Source: Minutocellus sp. GHC0000111 (Eukaryota). Taken from it: a stretch of DNA of 64,000 bases. A model generated the notes under the pieces. It saw only the letters and a program-made list of their open reading frames with translations. It ran no database searches and had not been told where the DNA came from. A program made the position numbers and the translations under genes. The stretch is taken from contig OZ361256.1 in the NCBI GenBank assembly GCA_977018835.1, positions 3,100,001-3,164,000 on the forward strand, in the 5' to 3' direction. Each line of letters starts with the position of its first letter. Within the stretch, counting starts at the first letter, position 1. This document shows positions 49,601-61,696 of the stretch, piece after piece.

Positions 49601-50891
49601 ATGAACGACCAGTCGGCGCCGACGTGCGCAGCCTGCGGCCTGGGCGGACCAGACGTCGGCCGATGCTGCGGAACGACGTACTACTGCAGCACGGACTGCC
49701 AGGGCAGGGGGCTCACCACGCGGTGCACCGGGCCGTCTGCGCTGCGCCGCTGCGCCAAGCGAGTCATGAGATCGGACCGGCTCCGCTTCGAGGTCGGGCA
49801 GAGGGTGCAGTGCCACATGGGCGGGGGGCGGTGGGAGAGCGGCCTGATCATTCAGCTCTTCTACGAGCCGGGCGAGGAGGATGAGGGCCCCTTTGCCGCC
49901 GCCGGACTGCAGCTGACCTTCCCCTACCAGGCCCGGCTGGACCGCGGCAGCTTCCGGGACCAGCCCCGAAATATCTTCGCCACGGCCGATGCCGATCACT
50001 GCATCCGGCTTCCCGATGGCATCGTCGACGATGGGAATGCCGGGTACGACGCCTTCGAGGAGGAATCGCTCGACCTGGGCCGGTTTGAGTTCTCCCCCCA
50101 GCCGGACTGTCCCGTCTGCGCCGTTCCGCTGCCGCTCGACGGATACGGCAAAACCCACAGCGTCTTCATGCAGTGCTGCGGCAAGTCGGTCTGCCTTGGG
50201 TGCAATGTGGAGTGCTCCCTCGCAGCGAGGAAGCGGGGCATCCAGAAGGAACTGTGGGACAGCTGTGCCTTTTGCCGATCCCCTCCCTACACCGCCGACG
50301 AGGAACGCAACGATTCGTTGCGAATTTTGTGCGACCGAGGGTCCGCCACCGTCATGGGAATTCTGGCCTTTGCCTACAACACGGGCACCCACGGAGTCGA
50401 GAGGGATGCGCGCCGAGCCCTAGACCTCATGCACAGGGCAGTGCGTTTGGGCGATTCCACGTCCGCATTGTACCTCGCCCTCAAGTACAAGGAAGGCGAG
50501 GACGTCAAAAGGGACCGCGAGAAGGCCAAGAGACTCTACATGATGGGGGCGAGACTGGGTGGACGGACCGACGCCTTCAATGACATCGCCAGTATGAAAC
50601 TGGACGAGTGGGAGAACGAGAGCGCCGCAATTCCCTACTTTGTCAAGGGGGCCAAGCATCGGGGACGAAACCTGCCTGAAGAACGTCCTCCAGGCCGTCC
50701 ACCGGGGAGTTGCCACGCAGGACCAATACCGCGAGGCGCTCGTGGCCTGCCACGCGGCGCGGAAGGAGCGGTGGAGCGAAAGTCGCGAATTCTGCCGCAA
50801 GATGGAGACCGACTGCAGATGTCCTTGCAGGGACGTGCTGCCCCCGCGGGAGTTTGAGGACGCTCTCAAGGCACGCTCTCAAGGCATCTAG
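49601..50891 (+). CDS. MYND-type Zn finger + Cys-rich RING-like + Sel1-repeat protein; 1-nt frameshift near 50654
   Basis: CAACG..RCC..YCSTDCQ; LRFEVGQRVQC; DCPVC..QCCGKSVCLGC..CAFCR; Sel1 repeats (GVERDARRALDLMHRAVRLG, VKRDREKAKRLY). The shifted frame gives GVATQDQYREAL..ERWSESR. Confidence 0.85.
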
Positions 50892-51139
50892 GCATGGAGC
50901 CGGAGCGGCAAAAATCTTGCCGTCGAGATGGCGAAACTTGTACAAAGTGGGCACAAGTAAGTAAGCGCCGCGGCAGAGGAATCCTACGTAGCGGTAGGCC
51001 TAACTACGTACGTCGTAATGCTCTATTGAAATGAATTTCTTGGAATTACTATGTATTGTATTAAAGGTAAGAAGAGCATCGCAAACGAAAATAAGAAGAT
51101 AGAGAAGTGGAAACTGCTGCATGTATATATGTAAGCGCC

Positions 51140-54100
51140 CTAAGCAGCAGCCGAGCACAGAGCCTCAGCACAGAATGACATTCCCTCTGTGTACCGATAG
51201 CCCTCGGCGCTCTCCACTTCCGCATCCTCCTCTGCTCGTTCCGTATCATTGACCAAGATGCCATGGTTGCCACTCAAGCTGGAATCACATACCACCAAGC
51301 GGTCGTCCTTCCCGTTCGACCGATCGAAACGGTAATAGGCGACAAGGCCCTCCTCAGTCCCATCACATTGGCAGTCCATGGATGTACGAAGCTGCTCGGC
51401 GGTACGAGCGTGATCCCAAATCTTGAGCTCATCCATCACACCCTTGAAGTGACTGTTGTATTGTGCTGTGATGGCCCCGTCAAAATAAAGAGGAATCTCA
51501 CCGATCCTAGCATCCAAGTACGACGGCTTGATGTTCATCGGGCCGTAGAACTCATCCACAGGATAATGGGGTACCTGAACGCCATCGATGAGGAAGGACA
51601 CATTCTCTCCGTCGTAGGTTACAGCAATGTGCTGCCATTTATCCCACACAACGGAAACAGAGCTGGCGACTCTACTATAAAGGCCCTCGAGGTAGAGTCG
51701 ACCATTGTTCTGCTCCCAGGTGTTGACAGAGAAGAGGAAACCAGATCGCCCGGCCCCGCCCTCCTTATTGGAGAGGATGGTGCTGAAATCATTCTTCTCT
51801 TCTGGTTTGATCCAAACTTCAATAGTGAAGGGACCGTCAAAGTTCAAGCCGCTCGTGGTATTTTTCGATCCTGGTAGAGAGATTTGATTGGTGATTCCAT
51901 CGAGGTAGATACCAGCGGCATCTTCAGGTGCTTGGCGATTTCCGTCGAAAATGCTGGTGCTGCATATTGGCCTTCTTGGTGGGAGCTTCTCGACGGCTGA
52001 CAGCTGGACAGGCACTGTAAATGTTTCGCATTGGGGAGCGTTGCAGCATTCCCACCGAACCTCTGGATTGGTGGTGTAGCACCAGGGGCTGGCATCGCCT
52101 GGATCATTTGCCCGGCAGTAGTTCTCGATGACGCCACTGTAGCGATCGGAAAGCTCATAGCCGTGCTGATGAGGAAGCTGCTGATCCCAGCTTTGACAAG
52201 TGTAGCCGCTCGTGGTAACATTTTGTGTTCCAGTGTAACCATGACCACTGTAGCAGGCACACTGCCCGTCGGGGTTGACGCAGGCCTTGCCCTCACCCAC
52301 CGCCAATATGTCGGCAATGTCATCCGGCAGATCAGATTTCGGAGCTGGCTTTAATGACACGGCCAGCCCAACGACGAGAGCGATCATGGCCACGGCGGTT
52401 AAAGCGGTACCAACCTTCCTGCTAGTGGACCATCTTGGCTGCTCAAGACCATCCTTGTCCTCAACGATGCTGGCCTCAAAGACCTCGTCGTCCACGGCCG
52501 TGGCCTGAACAACGGTTACCACACCTCCATCATCTCCGTCGTGGGGCCCGGCCGAAGATCGCCGTTCCGATCTGCGCTGGGAGAACCTTCGGGCACGCGA
52601 GCGCCACCCTCCTCCTCCAAAACTGGAGTCGGTGACGTGGGCCTCGGCCGCTACATCGAGGGGCATGTCGTCGCCGATGGCATTCTCGATCTGCTCCATA
52701 AAATCTATTTCGCGATCCCGATGCCGGTCACGGTTGCGACGGAACATTCTGCGACGGGCCGGCTCGGACGGTGGGGCCGACACGGCCGGTACCGACACGG
52801 CGTAGGCTCCCGGCTGGGTGACGCGGTTGCGCCGATGGACGCCGATGGTGGCCGATTCGATGTCGTCGTCGAGGTCGCCAGTGTCCACATCGACCATGAT
52901 GGGAGCGCCAGGTTCCTCTGGATTGAGCATGGGTCCCAAAGGAGACAAGGTGCCATCTTGCACAGTCCCGGAGAAGCTCGTGGGCGAATCATCTCCTTCT
53001 CTGGGGAGGTTGTGCAGCTGCTGAAGACTGCCCGAGTTGCTCGTCTCGATGGCACCGCCCCTGCTGGGAGCACGGCCCTGACGTCGTGGGGGCTGCTGCT
53101 GCCGAGTCGAAGTCCTCGTAGAGGCAGCCGCCGCCGAGACCCCACCAATCATTTGGCCCAGTTTAGTAAAGAATCGACGCATGATGGCCTCATCTGCGGC
53201 ATCTTGGCGGAGAGGTTCGACGCACTGCGTGGTAGTAGTAGTAGTAGCAGCGGCAGCGGCGGCGGCGCCGGCGGCAGAGGCAGCGACGATATCGGAAGCT
53301 CGCCTACTTCCGGCGGCATTTTCGACGACAGCCGCGCTGTCCTCCTCGTCCTCGTCCTCGCCACGCACTCCACCAGAAGCACGTGCAGCATCGGCCTTCT
53401 TGCTCTCCTTTCTCCATCGTTCCTCCTCATCATTGGCAGCAGCAGCGGCAGACTTTTGTGCCTCCTTACGGGCCTGCTCTTCCATGGCCACGACCTCTGG
53501 AACGACATTGTCATTCGACTTTGCAGCCTCCTCCTTGTCATCGGCATCATAATCATCGTCATTGTCATCGTCATCGGCATCTCTCTTCCGTCTGTCCACG
53601 GGCATTTCGGACGTTGACGGTCTCGACGTACAGGTGTTGTCAGTGCCCGACATCGAGGACGAAGCAGCGTCAGCAGCAGCAGCAGCAACAACAACAGCAT
53701 CATCATCATTATCAGCACGAGGTGAGGCCGCCCGCGCCTCCCCGTTGGACCTTGCCATCCACTCGGCCACGTCGGCCGCCGCCACGTCGAGTCCCTTGCG
53801 CTTCAGGCACGCCAAAACAAAGTCGGCGTGACGCCGATCGTCGTCGTCGGACGTTGCCTGGCCCGCTTGCGATGCATCGAGGATGGCGGAATCGATGGCC
53901 GTGCCTGAGTTGTTGGTGTGGCTGGTCGAGGTGATCGAGCCGCTGGTGAAGGAGTTGACGGTCGAGGGCAGATCGGCCGGTCTCTCCCTGCCGTGGCTCT
54001 CGGAGTTGTCGGCGGACGAGGTGGACTGCGAAGTCAGCTGAGAGACTTCCCCTCCCGAGGCCTGCCTGGCTCTTGGAGAGTTTGCGTCGAAGGCATCGGC

Positions 54101-54685
54101 GGGAGGAGGAGGAAGAGGAGGAGGCGGCGAGGGACGGCCGTAGTTGTCCACCTTGCCGGTGCGGAGGGCCCGGTCCATCATGTCGTCCAGCACGACCTGA
54201 CGGATGGCCTCCTCGTCGGCCGCCGAAGGCGCAGTTCATGCTGCTGACGATGATGATGCTGACGGCGTGCCGACGGCGTTGGAAGATCTGGCGTTCAAAG
54301 CAGCCTCCTCGTTGTCGAGGTCGGTCTGTCCCTGGCCTGCTGCAAGGCGTTCGCTTTCGTCGTCGACACACGATTTCTTGTCGTCTTCGTCGTCGCTGCA
54401 CAAAACATTGTTGCTCCTACGCCTGAGCGCATTCTCGACGGCCGCGGCCTGGATGGCCTCCAGCCGAGACATGCTCGAATTCGTCGTCGTCGTCGTCGTC
54501 GATGATGCGTTGGCACTTGTTTTAGTGGATGGCCGATGCTCACCGTGGGTTTCGGCCTCATTGTCGTCGTTGTTGATCGAGGTGCGGGCATGTGTGTTGT
54601 TGTTGTTGTGGTTGGATCCGTGATCGCCGTTGGTCGACGGGGACATGTTGCCGTTGTTGCCGCTGCCGCTCTCCTCGCCCTCCAT
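51140..54685 (-). CDS. Type II membrane protein: disordered cytosolic N-terminus (PGAYAV motif), one TM, kringle domain, LamG/concanavalin-like domain; in-frame TGA at 54236-54238
   Basis: Kringle 52255-52028: CY..GYTG..TTSGYTCQSWD..PHQH..ENYCR..PWCYTTNPEVRWECC..PQC. LamG: FTIEVWIKP, WQHIAVTYDG, FLIDG, FKGVMDELKIWDHART, GLVAYYRFD. TM: VGTALTAVAMIALVVGLAVSL. The upstream ORF (ATG 54685) is in the same frame across the TGA. Confidence 0.85.
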
Positions 54686-55662
54686 CGCTTCTGCTGGCGT
54701 GGCTGGTTCAAATTTGCTCACAGTGTGTGTTGTTTGCGTTTTTTGTGCCTCTTTCTCAGTCCGTCCCGAGCAACACTAATAACAATTAAAGTTTCTCCAG
54801 ACACGGCAGATATCAACAACTGTGTAGCGTGGCTGGCGACAAAAGAGAACACAATCCCGGAAGATTTATTTATGGACGGCCAGTCCCCGCGGCTGGACCA
54901 ATAGGCCTAAATGTTGCAGACATGCGTCGATGTCTCACAAGAAGGCCATTTCAAGAAAGGGCCTTGCTTTCTCAAAGTGGGACAAAGTGGTGAAAAAGTA
55001 TCTCCGAAAATATCAGTTGGGCCCGGAAACAGTGCGAGTCACCCGGAGATTTCCACTGTTTCGCTTCGGGCGCTGTTGCAGGATGCGACATCGAGATCGA
55101 CGTCGAGGGATATTTCCGTGATGCAACGGGCGTTCTTTGATGCTTTATTTGTGTGGGATTCTGCCTGTTTTCTCCCCAAGAAACACCTTTCACGACCAAG
55201 GCCATGGCTGCAATTAGGGGAATTTTATGTGCGGCGTGCCGGCTCTCGGGCCTCTGTTCCCAGCGCAGGCTGCGGTGATCACAAAAATTACACTTCTCGA
55301 GTCGAGTCACTTCTCGAGACTCTCTGTGCTTGGGAACTAATCTCGGACCTCCTTCTTGTAAACGGCCACATTATTCATCCATCGGCTTTGAGCCTCCCCG
55401 TTGCTGCCTCTCTCTCTCTTCATCATCGCATCTGATCTTCTCTCGCGAAGGAGAGAAAAAACGGCACATCTTGTCGTGTGTCTTTCTCTCAAAAACATTA
55501 GTGCCGCGGACTCAACTCTGAGAATGCAAGAAAGCAGAACCGGGAAATTGCCATCCGGACCAGCGAACGAAGCAGACCACGAAGATAAGTTGTTGGTGAA
55601 CGTTGGACCCAATACTTTACTCTAGCTAGCTAGTGTAGCATTGATGTGTACCGCCAACCGTC

Positions 55663-58600
55663 ATGGAGGGGGTCCAGGTAACGGCCGCTCCCGGAGCTGT
55701 CCCCGCAGCGGCTGCGCCAGTCGGACAACCGCAGCCGGCCGGACTCTGTGCACAACACCACGCCGCACAACCGCCGGCGGCATCGGCTGCCGCCGCTGCT
55801 GCTGTCCCCTCGGCGGCCGACCCGGCGACCGCCAATCCACCCCCCTCGCTGCGACGAACGCCCTGGCCGGTGTCGGCATTCCCGGCATGCCGCAGAACAA
55901 TAATCCCGCCGCCGCGGCTGCTGCCGCCGCGTCCGCCTACGGCCAGCAGCCCCCGCCGCTTCCAGGAGCAGCCGTCGCCGTCGCTCCTGCAGTCGCTCCT
56001 GCCGTCGCTCCTGCCGTCGCTCCAGTCGTCGCTCAGCCGCCCCAGCAGCTTCAACCTCAAGCCCAGGCTGTAGCTGCAGCTGCCGCCCCATTGCCCGACC
56101 GATTCGTCCCCGAAGAGCCCTGCATCATCAACCACGACTACGTCGACTACGCCGCCATCCCCCCTCCGTCGTCCTCAAGGATTACACCGAGCCGACCAAC
56201 ACGGGGGGCATCTCCCAGCCCTTTCCCCAGCGGCTGCACGCCCTCCTCTCCACCCCCGCCCTGTACGACGGCCGCGTCATTGGGTGGCAGGAGCACGGCC
56301 GGTGCTTCGTGATTCGTCAGCCCAAGGACTTTGCGAGGACGACCATGGTGACGCACTTTAAGCACCGGCAGTTCACCAGTTTTCAGCGGCAGCTGAATCT
56401 CTACGGCTTCAAGAGGTTGACCCGCGGTCCCGACAAGGGCGTGCTATCACGGTGAGTTACGAGTGCGAGTTGCTGTATCCTTGCTTTGCTTTGCTTTGTG
56501 CTTAGCTTCTTGTCGCTGGGCGGAGGGAAAAAATTACCTACCAGACTATCTAGAAGTGCAGGTCCGGCTGTCAAGTCCAACCTTTCGCAATGAAATATAT
56601 ATATATATATAAATATATATAGATGGTGATATAGATCTTGATCTAATTCCCTTTTGCTCGTTTGTGTATTCGCACCCTTTCAACTCCCACCAACGCCAAA
56701 AACAGAACTCTTCCTCCGCGGTCGGCCCTACCTGTGCCTCAAGATGAAGCGGATGAAGAACAAGGGCGTGGGCAAGAAGCCCCTGCCCGATCCGGACAAC
56801 GAGCCCGATTTCTACTCCACGCCCTTTGTGTGTGTGCCGGGGGAAACGGTCAACGACCCCCACGGGGTCCTGCCCCCGGGGTTCGACGAGGCCGACTCGC
56901 TCCTGGAAAAGATTAGAGGCCGACAGGACCACCAGGCCTACAACAATGGGCAGCAGCATGCCGCCGCCGCTGCCAAGGCGGCCGCTGCCAATGCTCACCA
57001 GATGATGGCTCCTCCGGGGACGGGTGCGGGTGCTGCCTGTGCCAACCCCACCCCCGAGGCCCTTAAGGCCGGCATGGCCAAGTACCAGGCCGCGGCCGCC
57101 AGCCTCGCCGCCGCCAACGCCGGCGTTCGGCAGCTCCCCGCCCATCTGCAGCAGCAGCCCACCCCCATGGAAGTCCAGCTCCAGCAGCAAATGCGCCTCC
57201 AGCAGATGCAGATGCAGCAGATGCAGGCCCAGCTCAACCAGTACCAGCAGATGCACCAGCTGCAGATGAGTCAGCTCCAGATGCAGGCCGCCAACGCCAA
57301 CGCCAACGGCAGCGTTGCTACCGGTGGGGCCGCCGGCGTCATGGGTGGATATCCCGCCACCCTCGGCGGAGTGGGGGGTGGATTGCCAGGTGCCGGGGCC
57401 GGAGGATTCCCGTCCGCTGCTGCAGCAGGGTACGGCGGCCTACCGGGCGCCGGAGGAGGTGCTCCGGCACCCTTCGCCGCTGGCATGGCCGCCGGTCCTG
57501 CTCCTGGGTCCCTCCTCCCTCCCGACCTGGCCCGGATGGGCAGTGGCTCCGCCCTCCTTTCGCCCACCGGCCTCGCCCGTATGGGCAGCGGCAGTGCCCA
57601 GTTCTTCTCGCCCACCGGTCTGCAGTCTGCAGCGGCTGGGATGCCCCCCACCACCCTCGCCCGGATGAACAGCGGTGCGGCCGCCGCTGCCAGCGGTGCC
57701 TCCCTCCTATCTCCCGACCTCGTACGGATGAGCAGCGGCATGGGCGCCGGTACCCCCGCCTCGGTGGGTGCCGGTGGTGTTGGTGCCGCCCCGGCCCCGT
57801 CGTTGGCCAACGCCACCCTCCAGGTCCAGGCCCAGCAGTCCCAGCTGCACCAGCTCCAGGCCGAGCGCGCCCGCCTCGAGCAGCAGATGATCGTCACGAC
57901 CGCCGCCGCCGACCGGGCCCGCGCCGAGGCCGACGCCGCCGTCCTCGCGGCCCAGCAGCACCAGATCCAGCCCCATGCTCAGGCTCAGGCTCAGCCTCAG
58001 CAGGCTCTGCAGAGCAAGGGCCAGAGCGCCGATCTGCTGTGGAACCGTTTGGCGTCGGAGCAGATTGCCACCGTCCAGGCCAGCGCCGCCCAGCCCACCG
58101 CCACGGCGGTCGCTGTCAACACTGCTGCTGCCGCTGCCGCCCCCGTTGGTGCATCCGAGGTGGTGGTACCGTCCCCTGCCAAGCTCAAGGAGGGCGTATC
58201 CGATTCCACCGACGCCTCGCCCCTCGAGGCGTCAACACCCCCGTCATGCACGACCTTCTCGCCAAGCAGCAGGCCCTCCTCCTCCGCGAGCTGGAGCAGG
58301 AGAAGAAGAACCTCGAGGAGGAGAAGCGTGCCAAGGCCGCTTCGGCCGTCAACAAGGCCAAGGCTGCGGCCGCCGCCTTGGGCATCTCGTTCGGCAAGGC
58401 TGACGATGTGGCTGCCGCCGTGACCGATACTGCCGCCATGAACGGCGTTGGCCAGGTGCAGCAGCAGCAGGGACCTCCCATCTCGTCCATCTCCATTCCC
58501 CAGGTTCCTACCAACCAGCAGGTAGCCGAGGCCAGCCAGCAGGTGACAGCGGCCGCTGCGGCGATGAATGCCGCGACGACTGCTCCTAAAGCTCCTGCAG

Positions 58601-59316
58601 CTCCTTCTACCGAGGCCTTTCCAACTGGTCGTACTGGTCCTGCTGCAGCAGCCCTGGTCGCTCAGGCTTCCGCTGCAGCCGAGAACGCCGCTAAGCAGCC
58701 ATCGCCTGCTCCAGCGGCTCCTCCTCCACCGACGTACGAGCAGGCCATGGACATGAAGGAGGATTCCATGATCGCTCAGCAGCAGGCCAAGGAGCAGCTT
58801 GCGGTTGCGGGTCCCTCTCAAGAGCGCGATACTGACATGGAGTCCATCCACTCCCAGATGGAAAGTGTCGGTATCTCCGCCAAGGGCGAAGGGGAGGGCA
58901 GGTCCACGGCCGAGTTTGAGAACATGGATCAGGTCAAGCGCAAGCGTGCCATCCGATTCCGCCGCTCGTCCAACACCAACTCTTCCCTCTCCGGCAAGTC
59001 CAGAGATGCGAGTGCCGCCGAGGGTTCGGCCGTTTCCGCCGGTCCCAAGAAGAAGAAGGGACGGATGGTTCGGCTGCTCAACTTTGCCAAGGGCAAGGGT
59101 TCCTCCGGCGCTGCTACCGGGGATGGCGTTAGCCCCCCCCCCGATGCGATTGGTGCCACCGCCGCTACCAACGAAGAGGATCCCGTCGACCTCGAAGAGA
59201 TGCAGGGCATGCAAGGCGACATGATGACCGAGAGCGTCGACATTGATACCATTTTCAGCTCCAAGAAGAGTGGTGAGAGCGTTGCCGAACGCGCTATCCT
59301 CGAGAGCAAGAATTGA
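55663..59316 (+). CDS. HSF: Heat-shock transcription factor with Ala/Gln/Gly-rich regions; intron 56452-56705; apparent frameshifts near 55842, 56162, 56442 and 58229
   Basis: The DNA-binding domain is not in the ORF track but is readable at 56218-56752: PFPQRLHALL..VIGWQEHGRCFVIRQP..HFKHRQFTSFQRQLNLYGFKRLTRGPDKG..YH|ELFLRGRPYLCLKMKR. Confidence 0.9.
56594..56621. repeat. Imperfect (AT)n microsatellite in the HSF intron
   Basis: aatatatatatatatataaatatatata is directly visible. Confidence 0.9.
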
Positions 59317-59561
59317 GGAAGGAGGTGCTAGGTTCAACAAAAAATACCGGTAGTGGTGGAGAGATCTTATCTTGGAATAATCCAAGTTTTTATACGTCGT
59401 CTTTCATGTACATATACGAACAGAGTGTTGATGCAGAGACACAAGCTGTTTGCCATTTGCCAATCCTTTATGTAATTCTATTCAATAGCTAATTATAATG
59501 AGTCAGCTAATTGATCTAATATAAATGCTAGTTCACAACAATTGCGATGATAACAAAGGCA

Positions 59562-60900
59562 CTAAAAGTCCATAGATTCCAACATATGCTGCGCCATGTG
59601 TGAAGATACAAAATCGGAATAATTGCCCGGTGTCGTGCTGAAAGCGGGCATGTCTTGGCCCTCCAAATATACCTGCACATGAGCTATGTCGGGCTCCCCA
59701 CCTGGAGGGTAGAGTTCACTCATCCCAACAACCTCGATTATGAGATCTCGGCTTCCTCCATCAAAGCTCTCAACTCGAAATATTTCGCCACCGCCAAGAG
59801 CAGCCTCGTGGAGTGATTTGCTTCCATTGCCGGTATCAGACGTCACAGTCACCTTGTCACCAGCAAAGCGCCATGCATCGCGATTGGGGCCCTTGGCTCT
59901 GTTGTAAACAAGATGGAGCCGACGTTTGCTTCGCAGCTCTGAAATTGTCAAAACAATGTGGTGCTCACCAGGCTCGTAGTTCTTTGACGACCAATCGGCA
60001 ACGCCAACCAGTGCTCCATGGAAAGCATGGCCGAGAGATGGAACTATATGGACACTGTCTTCTTCATACCAGCCTAATGATTTGGATTGAGCCCCATTGA
60101 AGCAAAGTCGAGAATATCCAGAGCCGGCACCCATGGCGCAAGATTGGTCTCCATACTCATCGCCCAATGCTCCACAGCCCAAGCCTAAACAGCCGGAGTG
60201 GCCAAGCCCGAGGGTATGTGCGTATTCATGAAAAACAACTTGTAGCATGCTACCATGTCATCCCTCAGCACGAAAAGTCCAGTTTCTGATATGGCAATGC
60301 CCGCAGCCTCGCCAAACCTTTCAGACGTCCAGTCCGCATTACTTGGCACAAAGAGCGCAATGCTAGAAAAATCCATCAGCGATACGCCCTCACCAACAAG
60401 GCGTTGGTTGGCGGCAGTCAGTGCATCGGACGTAATTTTGACTAAGTTCTCACCGGCAATGCTTTCAACAGCAACTTCCATGACACCATTGCGGATGAAT
60501 TCAACACCGACACAACTCGAGTCGTTGTTTGTGCAGGCAGCTTCAAGTTGGAGCTTACCGCCCGAGCACGATGCCAAATGGTCTTTTAGATTGTAGTCCC
60601 TGGCCATTTGGTCCCTTGCCTGGGCGCCGTCCTGCCATACGTAGCGTACATGTACACGGAAGCACCAAATTCATCGTCGCCAGAAGCAATGCCGAAAAGC
60701 CTTTCTGCTATAGAATTCGATGTCGTACCATTGCCATCCTCCAATGCTTTGTTGTTGTCGCCATCTCCTGCCGGAACGACGTGGAGAGCGAGGAGTGTGT
60801 TTGTTCCAGTCTTGGGTGGAGGACGCGAATGCATGGTGAAGGGCAAGAGTGCAAGAGTGCCAATCTTTTGATGGCCGCATCCAAGCCATGCGATGCCAGC
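59562..60900 (-). pseudogene. Peptidase M11 (gametolysin-like) metzincin, fragmented over three or more frames, no clear signal peptide
   Basis: HEYAHTLGLGHSG (HExxHxxGxxH), Met-turn YGDQSCAMG, CFNGAQSKSLGWY, LVGVADW, YNRAKGPN. Upstream fragments TGTNTLLALHVV..RLFG and NLKDHLASCSGGKL..NGVMEV. Confidence 0.75.
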
Positions 60901-61449
60901 CCCATGAGCAGATAGTTCCGGACGATAGATAGAGTAAACATATTTGTATCAGTTAGGTATCAACATGTGACGTAGATCTAGCTAGCTAGGACCGTGATCC
61001 AGAGTACATGTATTAATATGGAAGGCATGACTGAACAGCATGGATTTTTGTCGCCTGTCGCCTGGGCCTGCTTCGCCTGCGTGCTGTGCACGTTTGACTT
61101 CTGGCCCAATACCCAGACCATTTCTTATTTTCATCTTTTCTTGTTTGACTACATGTGCATGTATCTCCTTCTGTGTATGTGTATCAATACGATATATGTG
61201 CCACACTTGTTCCCAGTCGAGGAGGCAGTCGAGATGGATTGCAAGCAGCCAAGTCAAAGTAGGCCTAGCAGTCAGTTGACTTTTGCTCGGGCTGGCTGGT
61301 TCGGCTCGGCTCTTTGAGCGGCCGCGCCGATCGACGAAAAGACAGCTACGTACGCCTACCCAACGGAAAAAGTAGTACGACACCGCGTCACAACTTAAAG
61401 GTTGTTCGTCCTCACAAATCATGAAATCGGATGCCGGATCTCAAATCGG

Positions 61450-61524
61450 CTCGCAAGCTGTGCGGGTCGGACAGCTGCTTCATCACGTCTCGCAAGCTGT
61501 GCGGGTCGGACAGCTGCTTCATCA
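61450..61524. repeat. Tandem duplication: exact 36-bp unit, period 39
   Basis: ctcgcaagctgtgcgggtcggacagctgcttcatca occurs at 61450-61485 and 61489-61524. Confidence 0.95.
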
Positions 61525-61696
61525 TGGTGGACCGAAACCCAGACGGGACATGAATCGACCCCCCCTCATACTTTTATTGTATGGAATTTAAACAAGAGGG
61601 CCAAGCGCGCATCCATCAAGTCAACGTCCTTGGACTATCCGTCTTGATCTGAACTAAGCAAGCACCCGACTGGCTGATAACTCGGTACCGGTAGCC

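Noticed and set aside
12524..54238. Stop-codon reassignment (TAA or TGA as sense)
   Set aside because: TAA terminates genes at 7771, 13378, 27058, 39488 and 47104, and TGA at 16754, 20193, 23709 and 59316. Only three internal stops were seen among thousands of codons.
57997..59385. 462-aa minus ORF (likewise 38157-39572, 49412-50392 and 52541-53617)
   Set aside because: Antisense to recognisable genes in GC-rich sequence; no domain signatures.
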